In this document: in pieces, positions 55,428 through 64,000 of the stretch
Numbering within the stretch: position 1 is the stretch's first letter
How the letters are laid out: every line of letters begins with the position of its first letter
Source of the DNA: Thermoanaerobaculia bacterium
Lineage (GTDB): Bacteria > Acidobacteriota > Thermoanaerobaculia > UBA5066
DNA length: 64,000 nt
Assembly (NCBI GenBank): GCA_963719225.1
Contig: CAVRAY010000001.1
Coordinates: forward strand, 2,720,001-2,784,000
Direction of reading: 5' to 3'
The notes under the pieces: generated by a model
Seen by the model: only the letters and a program-made list of their open reading frames with translations
What the model was told of the DNA's origin: nothing
Databases searched by the model: none
Program-made: the position numbers and the translations under genes

Positions 55428-56858
55428 ATGAAGAGCCTTGAACCGAGATCCCGCCCCTCTTCCAGAAAACGTGCCGCGGCCTTGCAGGTCCTGATCCTCG
55501 GAATCTTCGCCGCTCTCGTCTTCCTTCTCGCGTTCCGCCACGAGCCCTGGCGTGATGAAGCCGATTCCTGGCTGCTGGTGCGGGACGCTGGGCCGCTGGA
55601 GATCCTCCACCGGCTTGCTTACAAGGGCACGCCCGGACTCTGGTACGTGATTCTCTTTCCCTTCGCGAAATTCGGCCTTCCCGTCGAGGCGATGCAAGCT
55701 GTTCACGCCGCCCTCGCCGTTGCCGCGGCCGGCCTGCTGCTGTTTCGCGCGCCGTTCCCGCTCCTTCTTCGCGCCTCGTTCCTCTTCGGATACTACCTAT
55801 CGTACGAGTACGCCGTCGTCGCGCGCAGCTACGTGCTCGATGCCCTTCTGCTATTCACGCTCGCGTCTCTCCGGGATCCAGCAAAACGACCTGTCGCCTT
55901 CGGCGCCGCCCTTGTACTCCTCGCGAACGCTAACGTGCATGGGTTCCTTCTTGCTGGAGTTCTCGTCGTCGTCCTTTTCGACCGCCTGCCGCTTCCAACC
56001 CGCGCCATTGCCGCCGCCGGCCTCCTGGCCGCGCTCTGGCAGCTCTGGCCGCCCGCAGACGGACAGTTCACGCGAGCGGTGATCGGCTTCCGCGGGCGCC
56101 TCGCGCTCGACGCCCTCTCGCGCGCCTTCTTCCCGCTCGACGTGGAGCCCGTACGCGTCGCGGCCGCGGCGCTCCTGTGCGCGTTCGCGGCCTATTTCCT
56201 CGCTCGTCGCCCGAGAGCGCTCCTCCTTCTCGCGGGGGGATGGCTTGCGCTTCTCGCTCTCTTCACGGTTGTCCGCGGCGGTTCGGCCCGGTACGACGGC
56301 CTCCTGTGGATATGGTTGATCTTCGTCGCGTGGATCACCGATGGCACGCCGTCGCCGCTCGACGAACGGAGTCGTCGGTTCTTCCACGCGGCGCTCGGCG
56401 TGGCGGCCATCGTGTCGTTCGTCGCCGCCGCGCGGATCTGGATCCTCGAATGGAATCTTCCGTTCTCTGAGGCGCGCGAGATGGCGCGCGAGCTGACCCG
56501 TCGAGGTCTCGAGTCGACGCCCATCGCCGCGCACCCTGCCCCGCTCGCTGAAGCCGTGCTGGCGAATCTTCCCGCACGGAGATTCTGGTACCCGGGAATC
56601 GGAGAAGAGGGGTCGTTCATGAAATGGGATGTGGCATACCTAAGGGGACTCGACTTGACGACTGCGGAAGCTCTCGCCCGGGTCAGGCGACGTAACCCTT
56701 ACGGCACCCCCCCGCTCTTCCTGGCCAGCGAGCCTCTCGAGGAGCCGGGCCAAGAGGGCTACCGTCTGGCTTATGCGACCGAAGGTCGAGCTTTCGCGAA
56801 GCCGGATGAGAGGTACTACCTGTACGTTCCCGTCGACGGCTCACCTCGAAGCCCCTAG
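55428..56858 (+). CDS. GT-C-like polytopic membrane protein
   Basis: HEPWRDEA..WL..RD, P.LWY, YEY.VVARSY, many TM helices. Confidence 0.72.
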   Translation: MKSLEPRSRPSSRKRAAALQVLILGIFAALVFLLAFRHEPWRDEADSWLLVRDAGPLEILHRLAYKGTPGLWYVILFPFAKFGLPVEAMQAVHAALAVAAAGLLLFRAPFPLLLRASFLFGYYLSYEYAVVARSYVLDALLLFTLASLRDPAKRPVAFGAALVLLANANVHGFLLAGVLVVVLFDRLPLPTRAIAAAGLLAALWQLWPPADGQFTRAVIGFRGRLALDALSRAFFPLDVEPVRVAAAALLCAFAAYFLARRPRALLLLAGGWLALLALFTVVRGGSARYDGLLWIWLIFVAWITDGTPSPLDERSRRFFHAALGVAAIVSFVAAARIWILEWNLPFSEAREMARELTRRGLESTPIAAHPAPLAEAVLANLPARRFWYPGIGEEGSFMKWDVAYLRGLDLTTAEALARVRRRNPYGTPPLFLASEPLEEPGQEGYRLAYATEGRAFAKPDERYYLYVPVDGSPRSP

Positions 56859-56951
56859 TTCCTCAGCACCGTCACCTTTCCGGTCTCGGCCGAGGGCGCT
56901 AGACACGCGGGAAACCGGTCGTTCCGCATACCGCGGAGTTAAGGTGGTGGT

Positions 56952-58598
56952 GTGCCAAAGGACGAGAGGTTTTTGAGGAGCCTCCATGGCCTCACTGACC
57001 GATCACCGATCGCAGCGAGGGCATTCCTCTTCTTTGCGATCGCTTTGAGCGCCTGGCGCTTCTACCGCATTCGTAACTATCTAGAGTTCCCCGACGAATC
57101 GGTCGAAATGACGACTGGCTGGCTTGTGAGCGAAGGCGAGACGCTCTACTCGAGCGTCTTCTCACACCACATGCCGCTCGTGACCTTGGCCTGCCAGCTC
57201 GTTTCGGTCGTTTCCCCCTCCGCCCATCCCGCGCACTTTCGGGCTGCACCCTGGGCAGCCTACGTCCTTCTCACGCTGGCCATCGCCTTCGGCCCGACCG
57301 GGCGGCGGAGCAATCTGGGCGGGCCGCTAGCAGCGGGGATCTTCCTTGTCGTCGTCTCGGCCGTGGCGCCTCTCATCTGGGGTCACATGGTCCTTAACGA
57401 CGTCTTCTGGGGGATCTCGTTCGCGACGTTCTTCGTCCTGTTCCCGATGGCACTGCTATTCGGCGACGATCCCAGCCCACGAGACGTTGCTCTTGCCGGC
57501 GCCGCCGCCGCTCTGGCCCTCGTGGGATCCCCACTGGCAATATTCCCTCTGCTCTTTTCCCTGGCGCTCGCAGTACTCACGACCCCGCCTGCGCGAGGCC
57601 TTTCAGAACTCGCGGCCTTTCTCGCCGGCATGGGAAGCGTTGCGGCATGCATGGCGGGTTGGCTTCTCCGATTCGGGAGCTTGACCGGCTTCGTCGAGGA
57701 AGTGTTCCGGTTCAACACGCGCATTTACGCTCGATTCGTCGCGGCTGAGAGCGGCTCGACCTCGCTCGTTCTTGAGAGCCTGCGGTCTTGGATGCTCTAC
57801 CTCGTTCACGCCGTACCAGACGCGATCCACAGTGAAACCGGCCCGCGCACCTGGCCGTCCTGGATCAGGATTTCGACGCCGATTGCGAGCACCTCACTCG
57901 ACGCACAGCTTCTCGCACCCACGATCATAGTGACGGTAATCGTGATCATCCTGGTGTTTCGTCGCGCGCACCTTGCAAGAGATCTGGCCCGAGCCGCGGC
58001 ACTCTCATCGCTAATCGTGCTGACGGTGCTTTCCCTCAGGATGCGCGGCGCCGGTTTTCGAGCCATTCCGCTGCATCTCACGATCGCGGCAGTCGGCGTC
58101 TTGCTGCCCGTGGCTCCGCGCTTGCGCTCAACCCGACTTATTGCCGTAGTCCTCGCGCTCGCGTTCGCACCAGCATTCGTGAAGGTGTCCCATCACAACT
58201 CTCTGCGCTTTCACGATGACGACAGGACAGCGGCGGAGGGCGCATGGACTAACGTCGCAAGGTACATTGCCCGGCACACGAGTCCGGACGAGCGGATCGC
58301 CGCGTTTCCCATGGGCGCGATCGTCTACATCGAGGCACGGCGGCGACCCGCGACAGATGCCCTCTTCTTTCTCCCCTGGCAGGCCGCCTGGGAGAACGAG
58401 AACCCGACCCGCCCGAACACGTGCACGCAACTGTATTCGCGCTCTCCGCGCTTCGTCGCGCTGCAGGAAATGGCGATCTGGAATGCCTATCCGTGGAAAG
58501 AATACGCGGGTTGCATCGATCGCTTCCTGAAAGCCAACTACGAACGGGTCGACGAGCCCGATCTCAAAGGGTTGCTTCTCAGGCGAAGGACGCCTTGA
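56952..58598 (+). CDS. GT-C-like polytopic membrane protein
   Basis: DE...GWL..EG..LY..VF.HH.PL loop, many TM helices, soluble C-terminal tail; start uncertain. Confidence 0.72.
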   Translation: MPKDERFLRSLHGLTDRSPIAARAFLFFAIALSAWRFYRIRNYLEFPDESVEMTTGWLVSEGETLYSSVFSHHMPLVTLACQLVSVVSPSAHPAHFRAAPWAAYVLLTLAIAFGPTGRRSNLGGPLAAGIFLVVVSAVAPLIWGHMVLNDVFWGISFATFFVLFPMALLFGDDPSPRDVALAGAAAALALVGSPLAIFPLLFSLALAVLTTPPARGLSELAAFLAGMGSVAACMAGWLLRFGSLTGFVEEVFRFNTRIYARFVAAESGSTSLVLESLRSWMLYLVHAVPDAIHSETGPRTWPSWIRISTPIASTSLDAQLLAPTIIVTVIVIILVFRRAHLARDLARAAALSSLIVLTVLSLRMRGAGFRAIPLHLTIAAVGVLLPVAPRLRSTRLIAVVLALAFAPAFVKVSHHNSLRFHDDDRTAAEGAWTNVARYIARHTSPDERIAAFPMGAIVYIEARRRPATDALFFLPWQAAWENENPTRPNTCTQLYSRSPRFVALQEMAIWNAYPWKEYAGCIDRFLKANYERVDEPDLKGLLLRRRTP

Positions 58599-58838
58599 CC
58601 TCGAATGGTAGTGCGGCCATTTCCTTTCTCACGCGTTTTGTCGAACGCTAATAGGACGTAAGAGCTGCACGTAACCCACGTCCCAATGGATCACGCTTCT
58701 CCCAAACGCCGTGGCTTTGTCATCTACCGAAGGGTTTCCCGAATCACTTGCACTCCTCGTCCGGAGGTAAACCACCGGTGTCTACATCTAGCGCCGCATC
58801 GGGTGAGCGTCGGTCACCCCGGAGCCTCATGGACACGC

Positions 58839-59984
58839 TCAGCGTGGGCCGCGCGGTCCGCCGGGCGCGTCCACGTACGCCGCGAGGGTCTTGGCGAAGA
58901 GCTCCGAGCCCTCGGAAGAGAAGTGAACGGGATCCAGGAAGTGCGCGTCGGTGAAGGCCCCCTCGCGAAACGGATCCAGGAACATGGCAAGCCCTTCGTC
59001 CCCGAGCTTCTTCGCGACGGCGTTGTAGCGGGCGAGACCCGCGAGATACCCCTTCGCCGTGAGTCCGGGTGTCCAGCCCTCCAGCCAGGCGAGATCCGTC
59101 TTCTCGAACCCGGCGCGCACGAGCGCGACCTGGGCCACGAGCAGCGTCCGCGCCCCGCGCGCGCTCGCGACGGCGATCGTGGAGCGCAGGTTGCGCTCGT
59201 AGACGGCGACGGCCTCGGCGGGGATGTCGTCGCGCCTCGGCCCGCCTTTCCATTCGTACGAGGGCGCATAGCCTTCGGCGGCCGGCATCGGGCCTTGTGA
59301 CTTCAGCCGGCCCCGCAACCACTCCACGAAGACGAGCCGGGAGACGAGACGCACGGGCACGGGGGCCACACCCGTCACCCGCGGAAGGAGCTCCGCATGC
59401 CCGACGGAGTAGTCGGCCGCGAACGGAACGTGTCCCGCAGGCTGAAGGTCGTTCACGCCCGAGTACACGACGACGAGGTCCGGCTGAAGATCGAGATCGC
59501 GAATCTCCAGCGACACGAGGCTCTCGAGGCTCGTCCAGCCGGAGAATCCCGCGTTCACGACGTCGGCGCGGGGACGGAGGAGCGTTCCGAGCCGCGCGGG
59601 CCAGGTCGCCGCGTCGTCCGGCGCGAGCAGGTCGAACGTCGTCGAGCCGCCCTCGCACACGACGCGATATGTGCCCACGGGCTTCGGCACCGGGACGTCG
59701 CGCACGTTCGTGACGCGCTGGCCGCGTGCGTTGAAATGCACGACGTGGCCCGCCGCTTCGAGAACGGCGTTCGGTCGGCCCACCACGATGAGCTGGGGAT
59801 GCGGCCGGTACGCCTTGCCGATCTTCTCCACGAACTTCGTGTACGCCTCGACCTGCGTCTCGGGCCAGGAGCCGGTCTTGACGCGAAGCGCGGCCCGGCA
59901 TCCCCCCTCGAGCACCACAAACAGCACCGCCGCGATCGCGAGCGGGACGAGGAGATTCGACGCGAGCGCGCGGAGCGGCTTCAC
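58839..59984 (-). CDS. Membrane-anchored SGNH/GDSL hydrolase
   Basis: GTG 59984; GGSTTF (block I), NAG..G, G.NDL, DPVHF. Confidence 0.85.
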   Translation of the reverse strand: MKPLRALASNLLVPLAIAAVLFVVLEGGCRAALRVKTGSWPETQVEAYTKFVEKIGKAYRPHPQLIVVGRPNAVLEAAGHVVHFNARGQRVTNVRDVPVPKPVGTYRVVCEGGSTTFDLLAPDDAATWPARLGTLLRPRADVVNAGFSGWTSLESLVSLEIRDLDLQPDLVVVYSGVNDLQPAGHVPFAADYSVGHAELLPRVTGVAPVPVRLVSRLVFVEWLRGRLKSQGPMPAAEGYAPSYEWKGGPRRDDIPAEAVAVYERNLRSTIAVASARGARTLLVAQVALVRAGFEKTDLAWLEGWTPGLTAKGYLAGLARYNAVAKKLGDEGLAMFLDPFREGAFTDAHFLDPVHFSSEGSELFAKTLAAYVDAPGGPRGPR

Positions 59985-60862
59985 GCGGCCTTCCTCGCGA
60001 CGACGCGGATCGCCAGAACCGAGAGCTCCTCGACGGGCAGCTTTCGGAACCGTGCCACGAACCGCTCGGGGCGAACGACGGAGGCGTCGAGGACGATGAC
60101 AGGCTCCATACTCTCGACCGCGAGACCCGCGCCTTCGAAGAGACCTTTCCACTCCGAGCTTCGCAGCCGGTTGCAGAAGACCTCGCCCGAAAACCCGCCG
60201 TCGAGGATCGTCCGGAGCGAGACCTCTCCATAGCGGGTCGCCCGACGCTCCCACACTTCGTCCTCGAGCTCGAGGAATTGGAGTGGATCTTCGGAGCCGT
60301 GATGCTTCAGGTCGATCTCGTGGACGGCCAGGCCGCCGGGCACGAGGACGCGAGCGATCTCGATCACCGTGCCCTCGGGGTTCGGGACGTGCTCGAGCGC
60401 CGCGACCGAGTAGACGAGATCGAAACTCCCGGAGGAAAACGGCAGCTCTTCCGACGACACGGCACTCCGGTAATCCACCGACGAAAGGAGGGTGGCGGCA
60501 GATGGAAACGACGACACCGACGGAAAGTCGACGCGCCCCGGCTGGGGCTCGGCGAAGGGCCGCCACCACGCAAAGCCCTCCACGGCGAGAAGGTAATCGC
60601 GGAGCGCTTCGTAGAACCCGTCCGACAGCGGCGGAAGCGGCGCCACGTCGACTCCCGCCGCGCGCGCACCCGAGGCCGCGAAGGCGAAGAGAGCTCCGAG
60701 GTTCGCGCCGGGGCCGATCTCGAGAACGGAACGCGGAAACGGGAGGCCATGGCGGCGCGCGAGGGCGTCCGTCTCGGCGAAGACGCGATGCGCGTAGAAA
60801 AGCGAGTCGTTTGCTTCCGCCCGCTCACGGACCGCCCGGACGAGCTCGGCGTCGAGCGTCAC
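59981..60862 (-). CDS. Class I SAM-dependent methyltransferase
   Basis: GTG 60862; VLEIGPG, LPF..GSFDLVYS.AALEHV, RVL.PGG...H.IDL. Confidence 0.85.
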   Translation of the reverse strand: MTLDAELVRAVRERAEANDSLFYAHRVFAETDALARRHGLPFPRSVLEIGPGANLGALFAFAASGARAAGVDVAPLPPLSDGFYEALRDYLLAVEGFAWWRPFAEPQPGRVDFPSVSSFPSAATLLSSVDYRSAVSSEELPFSSGSFDLVYSVAALEHVPNPEGTVIEIARVLVPGGLAVHEIDLKHHGSEDPLQFLELEDEVWERRATRYGEVSLRTILDGGFSGEVFCNRLRSSEWKGLFEGAGLAVESMEPVIVLDASVVRPERFVARFRKLPVEELSVLAIRVVARKAA

Positions 60863-61455
60863 GCCTTCGCCGCGAGGTGGCGCGAGCCCGGCGCGGCGAT
60901 CGGCTCGCCCCGCGCGCAGAGCGGGCAGGACGCGGGCTCCCACGCGGGAACCTCGAGCGCGAGGAGCGCGCGGAACGGAACGCCGTCGACGCCGGACGTC
61001 TTCTCGGACGCGGCCCTCCGGTCGACGATCGCCCCGCACACGACCGGCTCGGCGCCGGAGCCGCGAAGCACGGCGAGGACCTCGCGCGTGGACTTCCCCG
61101 TCGTCACGACGTCCTCGACGACCGCCACACGCTCGCCGGCCTCGAGGGCGAACCCGCGCCGGAGCGCGAAGACTCCCTCCACGCGCTCCGTGAAGATCGC
61201 GCGAACCGAGAGGCCGCGGCCCGTCTCGTGGCCGATGATCACGCCTCCCATGGCGGGCGAGACGACGACGGACGGGTGGAACGGGGCGAGCAGCGACGCG
61301 AGCCCAGCGCCGAGCGCGCCCGCGCGGTCGGGCCATTGGAGCACTTTCGCGCACTGCAGATACGCCTCGGAGTGGAGCCCGGACGAGAGCTTGAAGTGGC
61401 CGTGGAGGAGCGCCCCGGCTTCCGAGAAATGGCGGCGAACCTCGTCCTCGGTCAC
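60859..61455 (-). CDS. pyrE: Orotate phosphoribosyltransferase
   Basis: GHF.LSSG.HS..Y.QC, PAMGG, VVEDVVTTG.S, IVDR. Confidence 0.96.
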   Translation of the reverse strand: MTEDEVRRHFSEAGALLHGHFKLSSGLHSEAYLQCAKVLQWPDRAGALGAGLASLLAPFHPSVVVSPAMGGVIIGHETGRGLSVRAIFTERVEGVFALRRGFALEAGERVAVVEDVVTTGKSTREVLAVLRGSGAEPVVCGAIVDRRAASEKTSGVDGVPFRALLALEVPAWEPASCPLCARGEPIAAPGSRHLAAKA

Positions 61456-62897
61456 GGCGACTCCCGGCCTTCCGAGGGCTCGCGGTCCCGGCGCAGGCCG
61501 TACCGGTCGATCTTCTTGTAGAGGTTCGAGCGTGGCGTGTCGATGGCCTCAGCCGTGCGCGTCACGTTCCCGGCGTTTTCCGCGAGCTTCGCGACGAGAA
61601 AGAGCTTCTCCGTCTCGTCCTGAAACTCCTGGAGCGTGGGGATCGAAAGGATCTTCTCCCACGTACCGGCGCTCGCGGCGGCCGCGGCCGCGTCGACCAC
61701 GCGCCCGCCCCGCACGACGACCGCGGGCGGCGCGTCCTCCACCCGCGGATAACTTCCCGAATCCACGTTCTGAGCGTCGAGGACGTCGGCGTCCGACATG
61801 ATCATGAGGCGCTCCACGTGGTTCTTCAGCTCGCGCACGTTCCCGGGCCAGGGGCGCGCCGCGAGCGCCTCGAGGGCGGTGTCGGTGAACCGCTTCGGCC
61901 GGTAGTTGTTCGTGCGGGCGAAGAGCTCCGCGAAGTGGTTGACGAGGACGGGGACGTCCTCGGGACGGTCGGCGAGCGTGGGCGTCCTCAGGACGAGGAC
62001 GTTGAGGCGGTAATAGAGATCCTCGCGGAACTTTCCATGCGCGATGAGCACCGTGAGGTCGCGGTTCGTCGCGGCGACGACGCGCACCTTGACCTTCACG
62101 ACGCGCGGGCTGCCCACGGGCTCGACTTCGCCCTCCTGCAGGACGCGGAGCACCTTCGCCTGCGCGGAGGCGGACATGTCTCCCACCTCGTCGAGAAAGA
62201 TCGTGCCGCCGTCCGCTTCCACGAACTTGCCCGTCTGCTTGCGGTCCGCGCCCGTGAACGAGCCGCGCTCGTGGCCGAAGAGCTCCGATTCGATGAGACT
62301 GTCCGGGATGGCGGCGCAGTTCACCTGGACGAACGGACCCGCCTTCACGAGCGAGCCCTCGTGGATGGCCCGCGCGACGAGCTCCTTGCCCGTCCCGCTC
62401 GGCCCCACGATGAGGACCGTCGCGGGCGTCGGCGCGGCCTTCGCGACGTCGGCGAGCAGGCGGCGGATCGCCTCGCTGTTCCCGACGATGCGCGTGATGC
62501 CGAGGCGCGACTTCAGCTCGAGGTTCTCGCGCACGAGGCGCGTCGAATCGAGGACGCGCCGGAGCGCGTTCAGGACGTGCTCGGACGAGAGGGGCTTCTC
62601 GAGGAAGTCCTCGGCCCCGGCGTGCACGGCGTCCATCGCCGTCTTCACGTCGCCGTGGCCCGAGATGACGATCACGGGCGTCGCGATCCCGCGCGCGCGC
62701 AGCTTCGCGAGCGTCTCGAGCCCGTCCTGGCCGGGCATCTTGATGTCGAGGAGCACGGCGTCGTGATCCGGCGCCTCGGAGACCGCGCTCGCTCCCGAGG
62801 CGACCGCGGTGACCTCGTATCCCTCTTCCGAGAGCAGCGTCCGGAGCGATTCGCGGATGTCGGGTTCGTCGTCGCAGACGAGGATGCGTCGCGCCAT
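61452..62897 (-). CDS. Sigma54-dependent response regulator (NtrC/NtrX-like: REC-AAA+-HTH)
   Basis: DDE, LLDIKMP, GPSGTGKE, ESELFGHERGSFTGA, FLDEVGD, FREDLYYRL, WPGNVREL, Fis-type HTH. Confidence 0.95.
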   Translation of the reverse strand: MARRILVCDDEPDIRESLRTLLSEEGYEVTAVASGASAVSEAPDHDAVLLDIKMPGQDGLETLAKLRARGIATPVIVISGHGDVKTAMDAVHAGAEDFLEKPLSSEHVLNALRRVLDSTRLVRENLELKSRLGITRIVGNSEAIRRLLADVAKAAPTPATVLIVGPSGTGKELVARAIHEGSLVKAGPFVQVNCAAIPDSLIESELFGHERGSFTGADRKQTGKFVEADGGTIFLDEVGDMSASAQAKVLRVLQEGEVEPVGSPRVVKVKVRVVAATNRDLTVLIAHGKFREDLYYRLNVLVLRTPTLADRPEDVPVLVNHFAELFARTNNYRPKRFTDTALEALAARPWPGNVRELKNHVERLMIMSDADVLDAQNVDSGSYPRVEDAPPAVVVRGGRVVDAAAAAASAGTWEKILSIPTLQEFQDETEKLFLVAKLAENAGNVTRTAEAIDTPRSNLYKKIDRYGLRRDREPSEGRESP

Positions 62898-62907
62898 CCC
62901 GGCGATC

Positions 62908-63585
62908 CTAGCAGCCCGATGTAAGGGCGCGCCGCGCGTCGGCGAGGGCCGCGGCGGTTTCGGCCATTCCCCGCTCGAGGTTCTCCTGGGAGCGAAGAGA
63001 AAGAGATTCTTCGAATGCAGAAATGGCGGCTCGGAGGTGCGCCTCTCGCCTGTCGGGCTCTGCCTCGGCCAGCTTTCGGAGGAGATTTCCCAGGGCGTGA
63101 AGCGTCACCCCTCGCGCGACGCGGCGCGAGGCGTCGCGAACCGTGAGGGACTGCTCGTAACAGGAAAGCGACTCCCTGAGGTCGTCCTCCGAGCGCGCGA
63201 GATTCTGGAGGGCGTTGCCGCGGTTGTGAAAAAGGCGTGCCCACGCCTCCAGGTCTTCGCTTCCGTAACCGGCGTCGAGAGATTCTTCGAAGAGAAGGAG
63301 GGAGGAGGAGAGGTTTTCGGCCGGCCCACGCGAGCCGAAGAACACCGCGAGGTTGTGCAGGAACCTCGCCTCTTCCCCCTTCGAAGAAAAAACCACCGTT
63401 CCCCTCATGTCCCACAGGTCGCTCGCGAGGGTCGTCGCCAAGGCACAAGATTCCGTCGTCCCCTCGTCCCTCAGGTGCTCCTGGAGCACGTACCAGTCGC
63501 TCAACGCGGCACGGGCGTCCTCCGCGAACCGCCGGCGGAAGAAGGCGACGAGGTCGCGGGTCGGAGGGAGATCGATGCCCGTCAG
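62908..63585 (-). CDS. Hypothetical TPR-like helical protein
   Basis: Repeated A..LHNL / HNRGNAL / TLHALG.L helices; frame open to CTG 63585 overlapping the cysK stop (ORF track starts at TTG 63504). Confidence 0.68.
   Translation of the reverse strand: MTGIDLPPTRDLVAFFRRRFAEDARAALSDWYVLQEHLRDEGTTESCALATTLASDLWDMRGTVVFSSKGEEARFLHNLAVFFGSRGPAENLSSSLLLFEESLDAGYGSEDLEAWARLFHNRGNALQNLARSEDDLRESLSCYEQSLTVRDASRRVARGVTLHALGNLLRKLAEAEPDRREAHLRAAISAFEESLSLRSQENLERGMAETAAALADARRALTSGC
62994..63393. repeat. Dispersed motif cluster 7
   Basis: GAGATTCTTCGAATG 63003; GAGATTCTTCGAAGAGAAGG 63279 plus purine tract; inverted TTCCCCCTTCGAAGAAAAAAC 63373-63393. Confidence 0.72.
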
Positions 63586-64000
63586 GCCGGAAGCTCGTCG
63601 CTTCCTTCGGTGATCCCCTCGAAGAGGATCGTCGAGAGGTAGCGCTCACCCGTGTCGGGCAGCATCGCGAGGAGGACGGAGCCCTTCGGCGCCTTCTCGG
63701 CCACCTTGCGTGCCGCGGCGAACGTGCCACCCGAGGAGATCCCGCAGAAGATGCCTTCCTTGAAGGCGAGCTCGCGTGCCGCGTCCCGCGCCTCGACGTC
63801 GGTCACGAGGACGACCTCGTCGTAGACGTTGCGGTTGAAGACGGCCGGGACGAAATCCGGGAGCCAGCCCTGGATCTTGTGAGGCGCCCATTCGCCCTTC
63901 GAGACGAGGGGCGCGCCGGCCGGCTCCGTATAGATGATCTTGACCTCGGGGCGGGCCAGCTTCAGCACCTCGCCCGCGCCCGTGATCGTGCCCCCGGTGC
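63582..64000 (-). CDS. cysK: Cysteine synthase (5' end outside the window)
   Basis: GTGGTITG, EP, HKIQG, EGI.CGISSG, PDTGERYLST. Confidence 0.92.
   Translation of the reverse strand, partial: TGGTITGAGEVLKLARPEVKIIYTEPAGAPLVSKGEWAPHKIQGWLPDFVPAVFNRNVYDEVVLVTDVEARDAARELAFKEGIFCGISSGGTFAAARKVAEKAPKGSVLLAMLPDTGERYLSTILFEGITEGSDELPA

Noticed and set aside
58599-58838. Lower-GC spacer as ncRNA or small gene
   Set aside because: No convincing structure, RBS-led ORF or known motif

Overview
High-GC bacterial chromosomal segment, mostly minus strand. It is inferred to be Acidobacteriota, probably Thermoanaerobaculia-like, from gene order, the FolD insertion and the secreted-protein families. It carries a translation superoperon (rplM-rpsI-rpsB-tsf-pyrH-frr-ispD-ispF-rlmB), five tRNAs with no tuf/rpmG, and secE-nusG-rplK-rplA. 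Other housekeeping content: folD, coaE, rdgB, arcA-argF, purB, rlpA, ddl, serA, ribBA, nadK, tlyA, dxs, pyrE, cysK, a molybdenum-cofactor cluster and a TamB/Omp85 pair. Accessory content: a disrupted collagen-like gene, a lower-GC S8 protease island and three GT-C-like membrane glycosyltransferases. The most unusual signal is an AT-rich ~20-bp motif (about GWTTTCTTHGAAGGKGAAT) recurring in seven clusters, often as convergent pairs with purine/pyrimidine tracts. It is written into unrelated coding sequences (FTFK[ED] in three proteins) and forms the linker of a NamZ-MobB fusion. Also seen: many apparently leaderless genes, three probable CTG starts in CTGA overlaps, an unannotated 53-aa zinc-ribbon gene and a sigma54 promoter. 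All calls come from reading the sequence by eye; no searches were run.
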